Source: Tubiluchus corallicola (Eukaryota > Animalia > Priapulida). From it: a stretch of 64,000 bases of DNA. The DNA lies in the NCBI GenBank assembly GCA_030141605.1, contig JAQGDQ010000269.1:186001-250000 (forward strand), in the 5' to 3' direction. This document shows, in pieces, positions 37,001-49,335 of the stretch (positions within the stretch are counted from its first letter, which is position 1; the number at the start of each line of letters is the position of its first letter). The translations under genes and the position numbers were made by a program. Under the pieces are notes generated by a model. That model ran no database searches. It saw nothing but the letters and a program-made list of their open reading frames with translations, and was not told the origin of the DNA.

Positions 37001-38211
37001 TCATTTTTTCTCCCTTTATCACTTCAAATAGTGTCGTCACTTCTGTTATTGCATCTTTTGTGCATTATTTGCTGTAATTAAGCTTTAAAAATGGCATATA
37101 GTCAACTTTTGTTTTAACTTGTGTTGCTTATCACAAACACATTCTAATATCCCGTTAGTCCAAGTAACTGTTTCCTATTTTATTATCTTATCAAAGTATT
37201 TATATTTTATTGATCTAACAGGTAGCCAAGTACATACGTTCTTGTACCGTAGTAATCTTATACTTGACGATCACCTATACTTAGAACAAATATTAAGAAA
37301 ACAAGGTGTACTTTTGTCTCGAAATTTTTTAAGTTTAAACCTTTTGTTTCTTATTTGAAAAAAATGTTAACACTGAGTAAATGTTTAGAGTTTCCGTGTT
37401 TTATTTTGGGTGTTCAGATTCTAAAGTGGTGTTTACGTAGCACACAGATGCGGATGCGTTTTAGAGCGTGCAGAATAGGTAAAATCGGTTTATAATTTCC
37501 ACTCAAAATGATACACTTGTGATTTTTTTCTACCATGAAAATAGTTGATGAGCCAGAATTAAAGAACCATCCACATATAACGATATCAAGTTTAGTGTAG
37601 ATAGGTTGCAGGAGATGTGATAACACCATTATAACATAAGATAGGTAGTTGATTTAGTCATGATATCATTATCTGACTTGACACTGGCTGGTTGTATCCG
37701 GCCCTGCGGAGGAGGAATCTGCAGAATGGGGTCGATGAGAAAGAGTTCACTGAATTGGGGCTACTACCGCCTCCACTGCCAATGTCAGTAGAATCCACTG
37801 ATGGTTTCCCACTAATTAACACAGTTGATGTTATTGCCTGTCCTTGGAAGGAGGAAAAATAAAAGGTACAAAAAGCTACGTTAGTGTGATATCAATATCA
37901 GGGATAGGTAGGTGGTGGGACTTATGATAACTCCATTATAATGCAAGGTAAAGTAGGCGCTCAACTCCGAAATTAAACAAAGTAATGTGCATGTCAACAT
38001 ATTTCAGCTTAGTAGACAGTACAACAGCAACATTTACAACAACCAAAACAGAATTTATTACACGTATTATTTTATTAAAATAACTCCAATGTTTACACAA
38101 TTACTGTTACATTTATGATAATATGAACAAGCGCTCGTTACTTACACTAATTACACGATTATATACAATAATAGACCATTATAAAAACTTAATTATTGTA
38201 CAAATTTTATC

Positions 38212-41200
38212 TTATTTTAGTTTCTGTTGTCGGCTGTCACTTTGGCTATTCAGAGCTGTGAACAGATATGGCTGCTCCTAGAAAGAAAAAAACAGCTTAA
38301 GATGCAATACTTACAGTAGTCAACAGCACTAGAGAGAATACTTTTTGATAAACAACAATAAGTTAAATTCATTTACATTTCTATAGCATGCTATTCATGC
38401 ATTTGCATGTTCTAGAACACTACAGTAATTACAATCAAACCTTATACACTCTGATAATAATCTACATAAAATTATAAATTTGTAGAAAGTGCAGACACCT
38501 ACATATATACACAGAAAGGGGCATATGAAATATTTAGTACATTGGAAAAATTGAAAAACTGTTTAATACAATTTCTTTAATTGAACGTCTTTTTTTTTCT
38601 TCTATTTAAATCAAATTCTCCCTTTTGTAACCCTGGCTAGCGTAAATTCAGCCTTCCAAAAGGCAAACTCCATAAAAACTTACACTAAAGAACGTCTTCT
38701 ACATTAGTTTCCAGTGATCGTTGCAAAGATCAAGTCAGCACTAAAATTAAGCGGAGTAAGCAAAAGGCAGCATTTTAATGCACATAATAACTATACTGTA
38801 GGAAGTATGTCAATAAGTGCATGTAGGCCTCACTTGCACGGTTATGAAATTTGCTCTAAAAAAAGTTTCACCATAAATTAACCATAAACAACGCTGCTAT
38901 GCTAACTGAATTATAAATTTTGTAAAAATCGTAAGCATGTAGCAAAACTATGAAAATTATTCCAAACCCCATTATTTAAAGCAAACTTTGCAAGCATGGC
39001 TATAAAATTACCTTTGTGGGACATAACATAAGCTCAGGTATAAGAACACTTTCACTCTTCTTCCCTACTGGCTGTAGCTAAAAAACACACAATCAATTAG
39101 GCTAATAATGTCACAAATTCTAAACTTACTGCCTAACCTGTCTAGACTTGATAATTCAAATTTTGGAAGATACAGTTGCATTAACACAACTGAAATCACG
39201 CAAAACTTTGCACTGATGTTGAAATGTGAAATGTTATGAGCAGACTTTAGATATGTAAACAACTTTAGATATGAAAATTAATCTAAACAGTAATTACTTT
39301 AATGATTGAACTAACACTTGGAAATGCTGAATCAGTTGGCGGGCTATATGGACTGAATTAGGAATGGGGCAGTTGACTCGTAATCAGAAGAACCCTGGTT
39401 CAAATCCAGGCTTAGTCCTGACTTTTCAGGGTTCAAATCCAGGCTTAGCCCTGACTTTGTTACATTTTCTTCACTTTGGATAAGTTAGATTTTGAGAATC
39501 CATTCATTCAATGGGTTCATTCAATCATTAATTTGTACAAACGATTTTTTCTATTCACAAAAATTTAGCATCACCAGTACAATAAGCTGCCAATGAAATG
39601 TGTATCAACATCACAAAGATAACATGCACCATTTGTTAGTAATTGTATTAGTTTCAATTCTACCATTCTTTCTCAAATTGCAATATTAAGCTATTTTCAC
39701 TACCAACAATAACAACAATTGAAATTTGCATTACTCATGCAGATCTATTCATGTCCCTTGGGAAGCTTGTTTACCACATTGTTAATACAATACTGTACGT
39801 TAATTAAAATTACAATCAGCAAATGCTTACTACCAGCACTTGACCTGTAGCACCTCAAAGATTAGCAGAAGGTACAAAGGGATTGTCCAAGTTTGGAGAG
39901 TCAACTGGTAAAAAAGATTCAAATTGCTGACATGGATGATATATAATAGGAAGTAAACTAAGTCTTTCTTACCATGTTATTCCATAAAGATAACGCACAC
40001 ATTTCATGACCTTTACTGCCAAAGTGGAAACAGTCTGGTGCCAGAAATTCCATATCCGGAGTTCCATCCTGTAGTTATGAAAACTCAAAGTTAATGACAT
40101 TTGCAGGTGTCGTAATTATGATACATTAAAACGAAAGGATCACAAATTAACACAACGCCAGATGACACTTGTCAATACAAGTAATCAAACTGCGATTTTA
40201 CTGAAATTTATACTCACAATAATTATTATCAGCAGGCATTATCTTTTTACAATAACTTTTCAGTCATCTAAATACTTTTTTAAGAAACAACTGCTTTTTT
40301 CTCTGACAATAGAAATCTCTCATGCTAAATCACCCAATATCTAGCATTTCAACATGGCTTTTGCAAAATTGAAGACTTTGTAAAATTCGCTTCGCATCTG
40401 TTTTAATATAAACAGTCGCATTTTTTGCTCATCACAAAGATAATCACAAAGAACAAAAAAATTTCAGCACTTTCCATAATCTGGACACTTGGTCTGCAAT
40501 CTTCATCTTAGTCTGTTAGAAGGAATTCAGCTCTGATGATCACAAACGAATAACTTACGGGATTTAGCGGGAGTCCGGCATCATCCATGTAGGGTTGATA
40601 AACAACTGTAAAGTCATCCTTGGTGTCGTATCTTCCACTTTCAATGAGCTCTCTGAGTTTCTGGTTGTACTGTCGATAGACTTCCTTCAATTCTTGCAGT
40701 AAGTCACCTTGACTGTATGCTCCACAGTCACACAGTGCACTGCAAAACAGCAACTGATTATTAATATAAATTTAGCAGAGGATTGAAATGCAAGGGGGGG
40801 GGGCAAGCAGTGATTACCAATTGCCATGTTTCATTATGTTTCAGGGCTTAACTGGATCTTTGACATGGCACCCCAACAGCAAATATGCTAGTCACTGTTT
40901 CGCTATAATGATAAGCCAAACAACAGCCACCAGTAGTTACTATGCTTCAATAAAGTTTCAGAGTATAACAGAAGACGGGTTATATAGAGGAAAAGCTACT
41001 AATATTTTCTCTGTTGGGATGGAACATTATGCAGAAGGTCCAGTTTTTGGCTCATCAAATCTAAAGCCAAAAATTCAATTTGATCCGTTCGCTAATGTGT
41101 ACTTATCCCTATTTATGAATAACTCTCTCGACATTTCTAAAATGTGTACATATGCTTAAATATGGTGTTGTAAGATAATAAGATCTATACTCACTACAAC

Positions 41201-44200
41201 ATAATTTTGCAAATCAATCCTGCATCTACGTCTTGCGTAAGAGTCACATCTATGGCAGAGTTCAGATTCACAAACGTTCGTGGCATATTCTGCTGCAAGT
41301 AGTCCAGTGCCTCCATAACGTTGCGGACAAACCGGTCTGCACTGTAAGCGTCCTGTCCAAGAGAGTAATTAATACAGAAAAACTTGTGATCATTTGAAAA
41401 AAATCAAGAAAAATTGATATTGTACCACGAATTCTAAACGAAATCGATTTTATTTAATACATGAAAGAGCCAGCATTTGGTGTTTATTAGCACAGACGTT
41501 TGTTTTGATAGCAGCTGTTATTTTCAAAGCTACAATCAAGCCAAAACATATAATCCATACAATTTTCGACTCCCATTACATAGGCTTTGCTTGTTGTTAA
41601 ACTAATTGTTTGCTGGTTGTTGTGATTTTTGTCAAATCAGATACATAAAGTAATATTTTTAAGCTTTGTTTACAGTTTTCTTTATGTGAGAACCACTGAT
41701 ATTCTGGCAATTTAATTTCACTTTTGTGATTGTGTAATGATGTTGTATACCTTGGTTAGCAGTGTCATAAAAGTTGCTAATTATATGTTTTGGATTGATT
41801 CTATCATCAAGAATGATATATGGTGTCGAAACGATCGTCTGCCCCAATCAGTACCATGTTGATTTTATTTCAATTAATCAACAAATAAAAGGTTGTTTAC
41901 TTTGTTATTGCAGTAACCGCAGTGGTCATTTCCTCCTATGAAAATAGTGACCAGTTTCCAATCATTCTCAAAATCTACACCGTCCATACCAAGCTTCATA
42001 AGCTGTACGAGCTTGCGAGCCTGTTGGGTCATGTCCCTAAAATACAGATTTTAAATAAATCATATCTGACAAACATATTTATTCATTTTAAACAATTGAC
42101 AGACATTCTGTCAATTGTTAAAAATGAATAAATATTATCAAATTCTAATAAAATTCTGACATTTACTTGAATTCAATTTGAAATGGAATTTTTATTTTCA
42201 TTCAAATTGCAAGCAACATCCAGAATTAGAAAAGAAATGAAAAAAGTAAAGTAGAACACAATTAAATAATTTATATATAATGCTTGATTTGACTTTTGAT
42301 AAAGAAGTAATTGATGCATCAAAAAGTCTAACTGATACCTGATTTTTTAACTTAGTTGGTGAATACACATAATATACATAATCAAATGAAGAAAAACAGA
42401 GACGAAATACAAAATTTTGCTTTTCAGTAACAAACTTTAAAAAATGTCAATTGTAAAGAAAACACAATGGCAACTATAGACATGGAAAAAGGCAAAACAA
42501 AGGCAGCCTAAATTATGACAAAGAATCAATAAAGATAAAGATGAGCTTAAAAGGTTGGCAAAGAAGAAGCAAAACAAAATAAACATAAAGAAAGACTAAA
42601 AGGAGACAGTAAAAATAGAAAAGAGGCAACAGTAAGATGGAAGAAAAAAAGAAAACCGTTACTGTTCTTTTCAGTAACAGACCTTGTTTTTCCACCTGGC
42701 CTTGCCATGTTTAACTTTGCTCCATAGCTGCCAGTTCCACTTATTCCGCGTGAGTAACCCTTCAGATTCGGATTAAACTTTTTCAAGATATCTGAAACAC
42801 GATTTGCGGAGTTTGAGAAAAAAAACAGCATTTCACTGTGATGACACGGTCTAACTATCATCTTAGAACAACTTTCCTACACACAAATAAATATTAATTG
42901 AATTGAAGAAAATATGTATTACAGTTTACCATGCTCTACTAACTTTGGCACGATGTTATTTTAAAGGCTATAATAACATTCTGCTTACTGGGTATTGTGA
43001 CGTCTTCATCCAAAGTATTGTCTCCTCCGATGCTAAAAACATAAAAAAATTGTTTTAGTGAGCATCCTAACCCTAACCGTCCTGCTAACAAAAGTCATGG
43101 ACCAAGTCAAACACCGAGAACTGCAACCATTACATCTAGACAAACTTTTCGGCACTGTGGTGCTTTTACCTGATCGATAACTATTGACCATAGGATCACT
43201 GAATTTTTTCGTGTCTGGTAATTTCTTTTCCTTCCCGATCTCAATGATTATTTCTATCAAATGTTACTGGCCCAACCACAAACCGTATTTTCTTTACCAA
43301 AATATAGGAACAGATTGGTTTGGACTTGGGTTAGTCCATTAATAAGAATGATTTCTTCCGTGGAATATAGAGACATACTAGTTGATTTACAACTGGAGAG
43401 TGCCTATGCACTGACTGTTTCTTTTCTTATTATTTTCTTAATTACTCATAGGGCCGAAACTTATTAAATCGAATGACTAAAGGCAAAATTTAGGGCAGTT
43501 GATCTGTGTATTTCAATACATCTTTATTTTCAGAAACACGATAATAAAACTAAAACTGTGTTCAGTAATATTATCACATGAACGTTAATTCAAAAAGTAG
43601 TAGCACAAAAATAGCATAGCATTAGCACAAGTTGCACTTAATACACAAACACTAATAAGAGGACAGGCTTCAAAACCAGTAGGATGACAGCCAAACAAAT
43701 CAGACAATATGTCTGCAGGGGAACTACTAGTTTCTGCCAATGCAGTGTGAACTTATCTTCACCTTAGAAAATTAAAATAAACAATTGTTTTTGAGAGATA
43801 TCGCATTAGTTATGAACTGTGATATCAAATGGTAAGCGTGAGCATCAAATGTTCGAATTGGAGTGTTTTACTTCGAATATTTCAGTGCTTCACCTACCTA
43901 TGTTTTTTAGGATTAGAACCCTTGAAACATTGTGCAATCAGGACAATTTAGATGCAATTTCAATTCACATTTTTTAAACAAATTATTTACTGCAGAACAA
44001 AACCAGGCAATATGCACAGTCTTTGTGAGACCACTCGTAAGTAATGATTGGTAAATAATTCCAAAATCTTTAAAGCTGAATTCCAATTCGATTCGAATTC
44101 ACTTTCCAAGAGAAAATGTTCACCCATACCGGATGGAAAAAAATTACTGACACTTTGGTCTAGACCTAAAAAAGCCTCACCTCCACGACATACCCCGATA

Positions 44201-47200
44201 CTCTCCGATGAGTCCTACAATCGTAGCCGCCTTTCCTCCATTTGAAGCCTGAAATAGCCCGGCATGATCAGACATATCTTCTGAACAAATGAGGGGAAAA
44301 ACAGAAATAATATATAGAATAAAATATTTCAACTAATATTTTTGCTCTATATATTTTGAGTGGTATTAACCTACAACCTGACGAGGAGTGCATATTATGA
44401 CACGTATATATTATCTTCATTCCGTGCAATTCATTAAACAAATGTAGACTTTTTAATAGTTAGCAAATTTAGTAAATAAATTAATATTAATGATAATTTA
44501 TGACCAAGTATACTATGTATACATAAACTATGTACAGGCACTTACAGAAAGAGTATTCACACTGTCGTATTACAGAATACTTACACTGTCAACAACAGTG
44601 TTGGCAACCCTCACATAATCTCTATGTAATGTTGAAACTCATGTTAATTTTCAATAATTAAGTAACTATTTGAATGCTAATTTGACGACCAGAATGACAT
44701 ACAGAAAAGAATTATTACTTGATGATAACTGCTTATTCTAGTTTATGGAAGTACTTAATGGACAGCATCTCGGTTACGTTTGTGTTGGCATTTGTTTTTT
44801 ATGCCCATTTTAGCACATACCAACAGAAAACACACCACCAACAAAAATTACCTAATACCCACTTTGGCAGCCTGCCAGATTTTTCTTGACATTATTGGAA
44901 AAATCTAAAGCCAGCTGCATAGCTACACAATCAAATTCACAGTGTGAAAAAAATTACTGTTATGACAAGGTACTTACAGTTATTGAATCACCCAGTGCAG
45001 CTACCACATCTATGTCACCCGGACGTAGTTCATGAACTGAAAAAAAGTTTCACAAATGCAATTTTGACCAGGTGGTATAGCTCAGTGGCATGCTCACTTC
45101 CCACCCAGGAGGACACAGATTTAATTCCCAAATAAGTCATACCAAAGATTTAAAAAATTGTACTCTTGGTTTTTCCACCATGCATGCGGGTTTTCGAAGT
45201 ACATGCAGGAAATAATAATTGGGATAATTTTGGAAATAAATATTGAGTTACTTAAGGTGTCATCCCTGGTCCTAAACGAAATCATTATGATTATTATAAA
45301 GTTCTTACGAGGCATTATGCAACTTAAAACAGCTTTATGGACTTATTTTCAAGCCCATGCACTTATATACTGTACTATACTACAATACGTTCGTTGCTGG
45401 CAGGATTAAAATAAATGCGATGTGACAAAAAACATTTTTGTGAGATATCAACTGATGAAACGGGATTGAGTTTTGCGACAATGTAACAGTCTGTACAGTT
45501 AAAGTTTGCTTGTGTGGCTTGAACTTTCTGCAGTAGTGAGAAAGTGTAACCATTGTTTTCATACATCTCATCTTACAACAAATCGCTATAATAAACCACC
45601 TTTAATTGAAATACTCACAGGTAAGAAAATACTTTGAGAAGTAATAATAATGGGAATAAGTGAATCAATTCAAATAAATTTTACTGCAAGAATTTATACC
45701 TTATGTACTTCAATTTGTATTTTAATTTATTCTTCAATTTGTCAAGATGTATAGATCTATATATATATATATATGTATGTATAGATCTTGATAAGCTTCT
45801 AAGATATATATATGGAGATTTGACGCAATAAATCAATTAAGAAAAATGGATCATCACCTGATGTAGGTTTAGCGGGTGAACGTTCCACATCACATCGAAA
45901 CTTCTGGTATCCTCTTGCCTATAGACATTTAATACGGGAAAGATAGACAATAAACATAAATTGTATCAACATCTGGTAGAAACTAGTAATGAAAATACTG
46001 TTCTTACAACCTTTTACGACAGACAGTATAAACTCTCTTGTTGTATATCTCAGGATTTAGCACTAGCCGATCATAACCCACATTTGATATCAAAAACACC
46101 CTTACATGATGGTGCTAGTTAGGTGCCAGACTCTTCTCAGTGAAAAAGCTGTTGCAACTATTTTACAACACATGTCGGTATTCAAAACAGGTTTAGTGTG
46201 TTTCAACCCACAAGTTTTAATGTATTTTATTTCCACAGTCAAATAGAAAAAGATTATTATCCACACTACAAGCAAGCAAAATTTAATAAATAATTTATTT
46301 CACGCACAGTGGCACTGCCATCACAGTTACTGGTAAACTGCTTCCTATTACTACTAAAAATGCCAATGTTGTCTTCCTCTTTCTCCTCCTTTGTCAATCA
46401 TCATTATTTTAGCAGCCATTAATAAAAAACACAATAGCGTGTAAAAAGTGATGACAATAAGCCTTTTCAGCAATTTCCAGCAATTGATGATGATTGTGAA
46501 AAGTTCAAAAGTTAAGTGCGCCAGACAACGCATTTATCTACACTTGACAATGCCTTGCAGCCCAAGCTATTGTATTGGTAACAATTTTAACAGCTAGCTA
46601 GAACCTTACCTAATTCATTTTTCCTTGTTCCCAAGCAGATCCTGCTAGTAAATCACTCTATGCACAGACTAATGCATAATTAAGTAAAGTCCACGCAAAC
46701 AACTTAAGTTACTAAACTGATGCATAGATGGCCTTGCTTTACCCACACGTCACGTGACCGTTGTAGTTAAGATGCATTGCTATGGTACATTTAACCTCTG
46801 ACCTGCAGCAACCGCGTATGCACACAACGAAACTGCGAAAAGGCTTATTTACTTACACCTCCTACGTCGAATTTCTCCATGTGTTCATCCCATGCTGCCT
46901 GTATTTCCGGATCTTTGCTCCATTCATTCAGTTTATCATATAATGTGACATAGGGATCATCATCCAAATCCTCCCCTGATAAAACACACACAATAATTAA
47001 GCAATTTTTTAACAACATAAGCTGAATGAATAATATTTTTGGTTCTTTCTGAGCCATGTACAATGATTAAGATGTCAATGAAAGCAATTATTATTCAAAT
47101 TCAGACACATTTAGTTCAATAAATGATGATACATAATGCCACACAATAACTGACCAAATTATACGACTCATAACCTGAACAAATATGGCTTTGTAACAAT

Positions 47201-49096
47201 AATACATCTAATTCTATATCATTTTAAGTATTGCCACATATTTGGTTCTGCACTCAGTGTTGAGTGAACATGAAAAAAAGCAATTCATGGAACATATGAG
47301 AGCAGTCAATTTTGTGAAGCAAAAAACGTTGCTGCGGCATTTATTACTCGAGCCTGGGTCACAACGTAAACACGCGGGATCCATCCTAAAGGACCGTGTG
47401 ATAACCCTATGGGATAGTACAGGCTGCAGCTCTTCAAGCTTGCGGGCTCTTAAGCTTTGGTGACATTTAGTAAACAAATCTGTTCTTTCACTACCGTTGT
47501 GTTGAAATATCTGTCAATGCGTTTTGCAATAAATGGTAAAATTGTGAAATTCTTTAAACAATATTTTTATTGACAAACAAAAAATAGCTATTCTAATTTG
47601 TTTAAATAATTTGCAATAAGTTTACTTCAATCTATGTAAATGTCATTAAAATATATCGTAAGTAAAAAATATTCAAGAAGTGTGCGGGCGAATTAGAAGG
47701 TGGCTCCATCTGAGGGGCCTCATAATTTCATTAGCCTAGGGGCTCCAAAAGGTCATAATCTGGCCCTGGTCAAAATCCTTATATTCCAGTAACCTCCTGG
47801 AACTTGATTATCTCAGCAAAAGCTAAAAGAACATGTTGAGATGGTGCTCCAAACTCTCAAATACCATATCACTCTTTTAGCCCCTTTCATCACCTACCCA
47901 CAAAACCTGAGCTATTCTTCAGGTGGAGAGTGGACGCAACAGTGAATTTTGATTTCCTTTACAACTGTGCTGCATGTAGTAAAGCGGCATAACTGACTTA
48001 AAACCTCTTTACCAACATCATTATCTTGGTGTGCTAATCGCAGAATGTCACTTTTGTGCTAATAATCAATATGATCAATCAATAATCAGTACGATCAATC
48101 ACGTCAAATACCTAAGCACTAGACAGTTGTAGGTTTGCCCAACCTTTAGCTAGCACATTTAAAATACTGTAGGCCTACATAAAAACGTGTTAATGATACG
48201 TATTATAAATGAAAATACATAATCAAGGAATAGAAATTTAGCCATCATTAACCCTTTCATGTTGGACTGTAGAGAAATGGGACAAAACGATAACAAACCT
48301 ACTTACATATGCATGTGATCCATTTGTATTCTAGCCCCTACCAAATATACAATATACAAGTGGCTCTACCATAATACTAATTTCTTTCTGTCAAATCACA
48401 TAACTAAATAAGTAAACCTTCTGACAGCTGCCATAATCATATATGGCACTGAAGAAAGTAAAAAAAATGAATGTATGAATCTATATAACATAAAGCTTAA
48501 TATCAATATTATATAGAAAACTACAAACATAACATAAATAATGGTTGCTTACTAAATAAAATCATACAAATTAATAATAATTGTGATTTTTGGGTTATTC
48601 TCTTATGAGGTAACTCCATAAAGCTATTTATTTTGCCTTGATATAGGTCTCGTATATGTTATAAGTTTTTAGCCAGTTTTTATATTGTGACATCATAAAA
48701 TAGTTATTTCATATTGTAAATTTCTATGAAAAAAACAGATCTGGGTAACGATAAATGGTGTGCTAAATGACATATCCAGAGAAAAATCAATAAGTGAGTA
48801 ACCCATTGTTTCACATTCTGTAATAGTATAAAATTATCAAAAAATATACCTGTACTTGCTTTTGCATTCTGTATTAGTCTAAAATTATGAATAAATATAC
48901 CAGTAACAGTTTTCGTCAACAAAAAACTAAAATTGGATTATGAAGCAATAAGCCTATAATTACATACCCAGTCTACAAGTTTCAAATTATTAGATACAGA
49001 TTAAAAAAAATTTACAAATAGTACGTAAAATGTAATTTACTACTCACCTGTGCAGAAAGCCGTCAACAGAATCACAACTGTCAGCAAAGCCTTCAT
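38212..49096 (-). CDS. Phospholipase B1-like secreted SGNH/GDSL lipase, single catalytic domain, about 403 aa, 13 exons
   Basis: complement(join(38212..38277,39012..39077,39973..40068,40559..40739,41195..41352,41901..42036,42683..42791,42989..43032,44181..44248,44978..45036,45858..45918,46857..46975,49048..49096)), 1212 nt, GT-AG and in phase. It has a signal peptide [17 protein letters not shown] and PLB1 motifs [23 protein letters not shown] (catalytic Ser), [54 protein letters not shown] (catalytic Asp/His), LWNNMLQPVG and [15 protein letters not shown]. Confidence 0.93.
39341..39460 (+). pseudogene. tRNA(Thr-CGT)-like pseudogene or SINE head with a duplicated T-arm
   Basis: Anticodon-like arm TTGA-CTCGTAA-TCAG and T-arm CCTGGTTCAAATCCAGG. 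GGTTCAAATCCAGGCTTAG.CCTGACTTT occurs twice. Confidence 0.45.
45071..45195 (+). mobile_element. Second, more decayed copy of the same SINE
   Basis: TAGCTCAGTGG A-box, then GTCATACCAAAGATTTAAAAAATTGTAC shared with 57191-57220. Confidence 0.55.
47391..47768. mobile_element. hAT-type MITE, same family, in lipase intron 1
   Basis: Shares GCAATAAATGGTAAAATTGTG..TCTTTAAACAATATTTTT..ATTGACAAACAAAA and the right end CATAATCTGGCCCTG with 53957-54318. The left end is eroded. Confidence 0.78.
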
Positions 49097-49335
49097 GATA
49101 TGATTTTCACTCACGCCACACACTTGTGATAAAATAAATATGCAAGCAACGACGGTACGAAGGGTAAATAAGCCTTATCAATTTCTATATATCTTTCTGC
49201 ACGCTACATATTAACTTTGCAAGATAGTCCTATAATCTGCCAGATTTCAGGGGCAGGTAGACGACATAGAGACAAGTAATAATGAAACAAATTGCAAAAC
49301 TATGATTGAAACTGTCAGCCCAGTTTGGTTACGTA

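Noticed and set aside
48418-48448. 31-nt AG..GT candidate micro-exon in lipase intron 1
   Set aside because: Inclusion alone would shift the frame. Exon 1 already joins exon 2 in phase.
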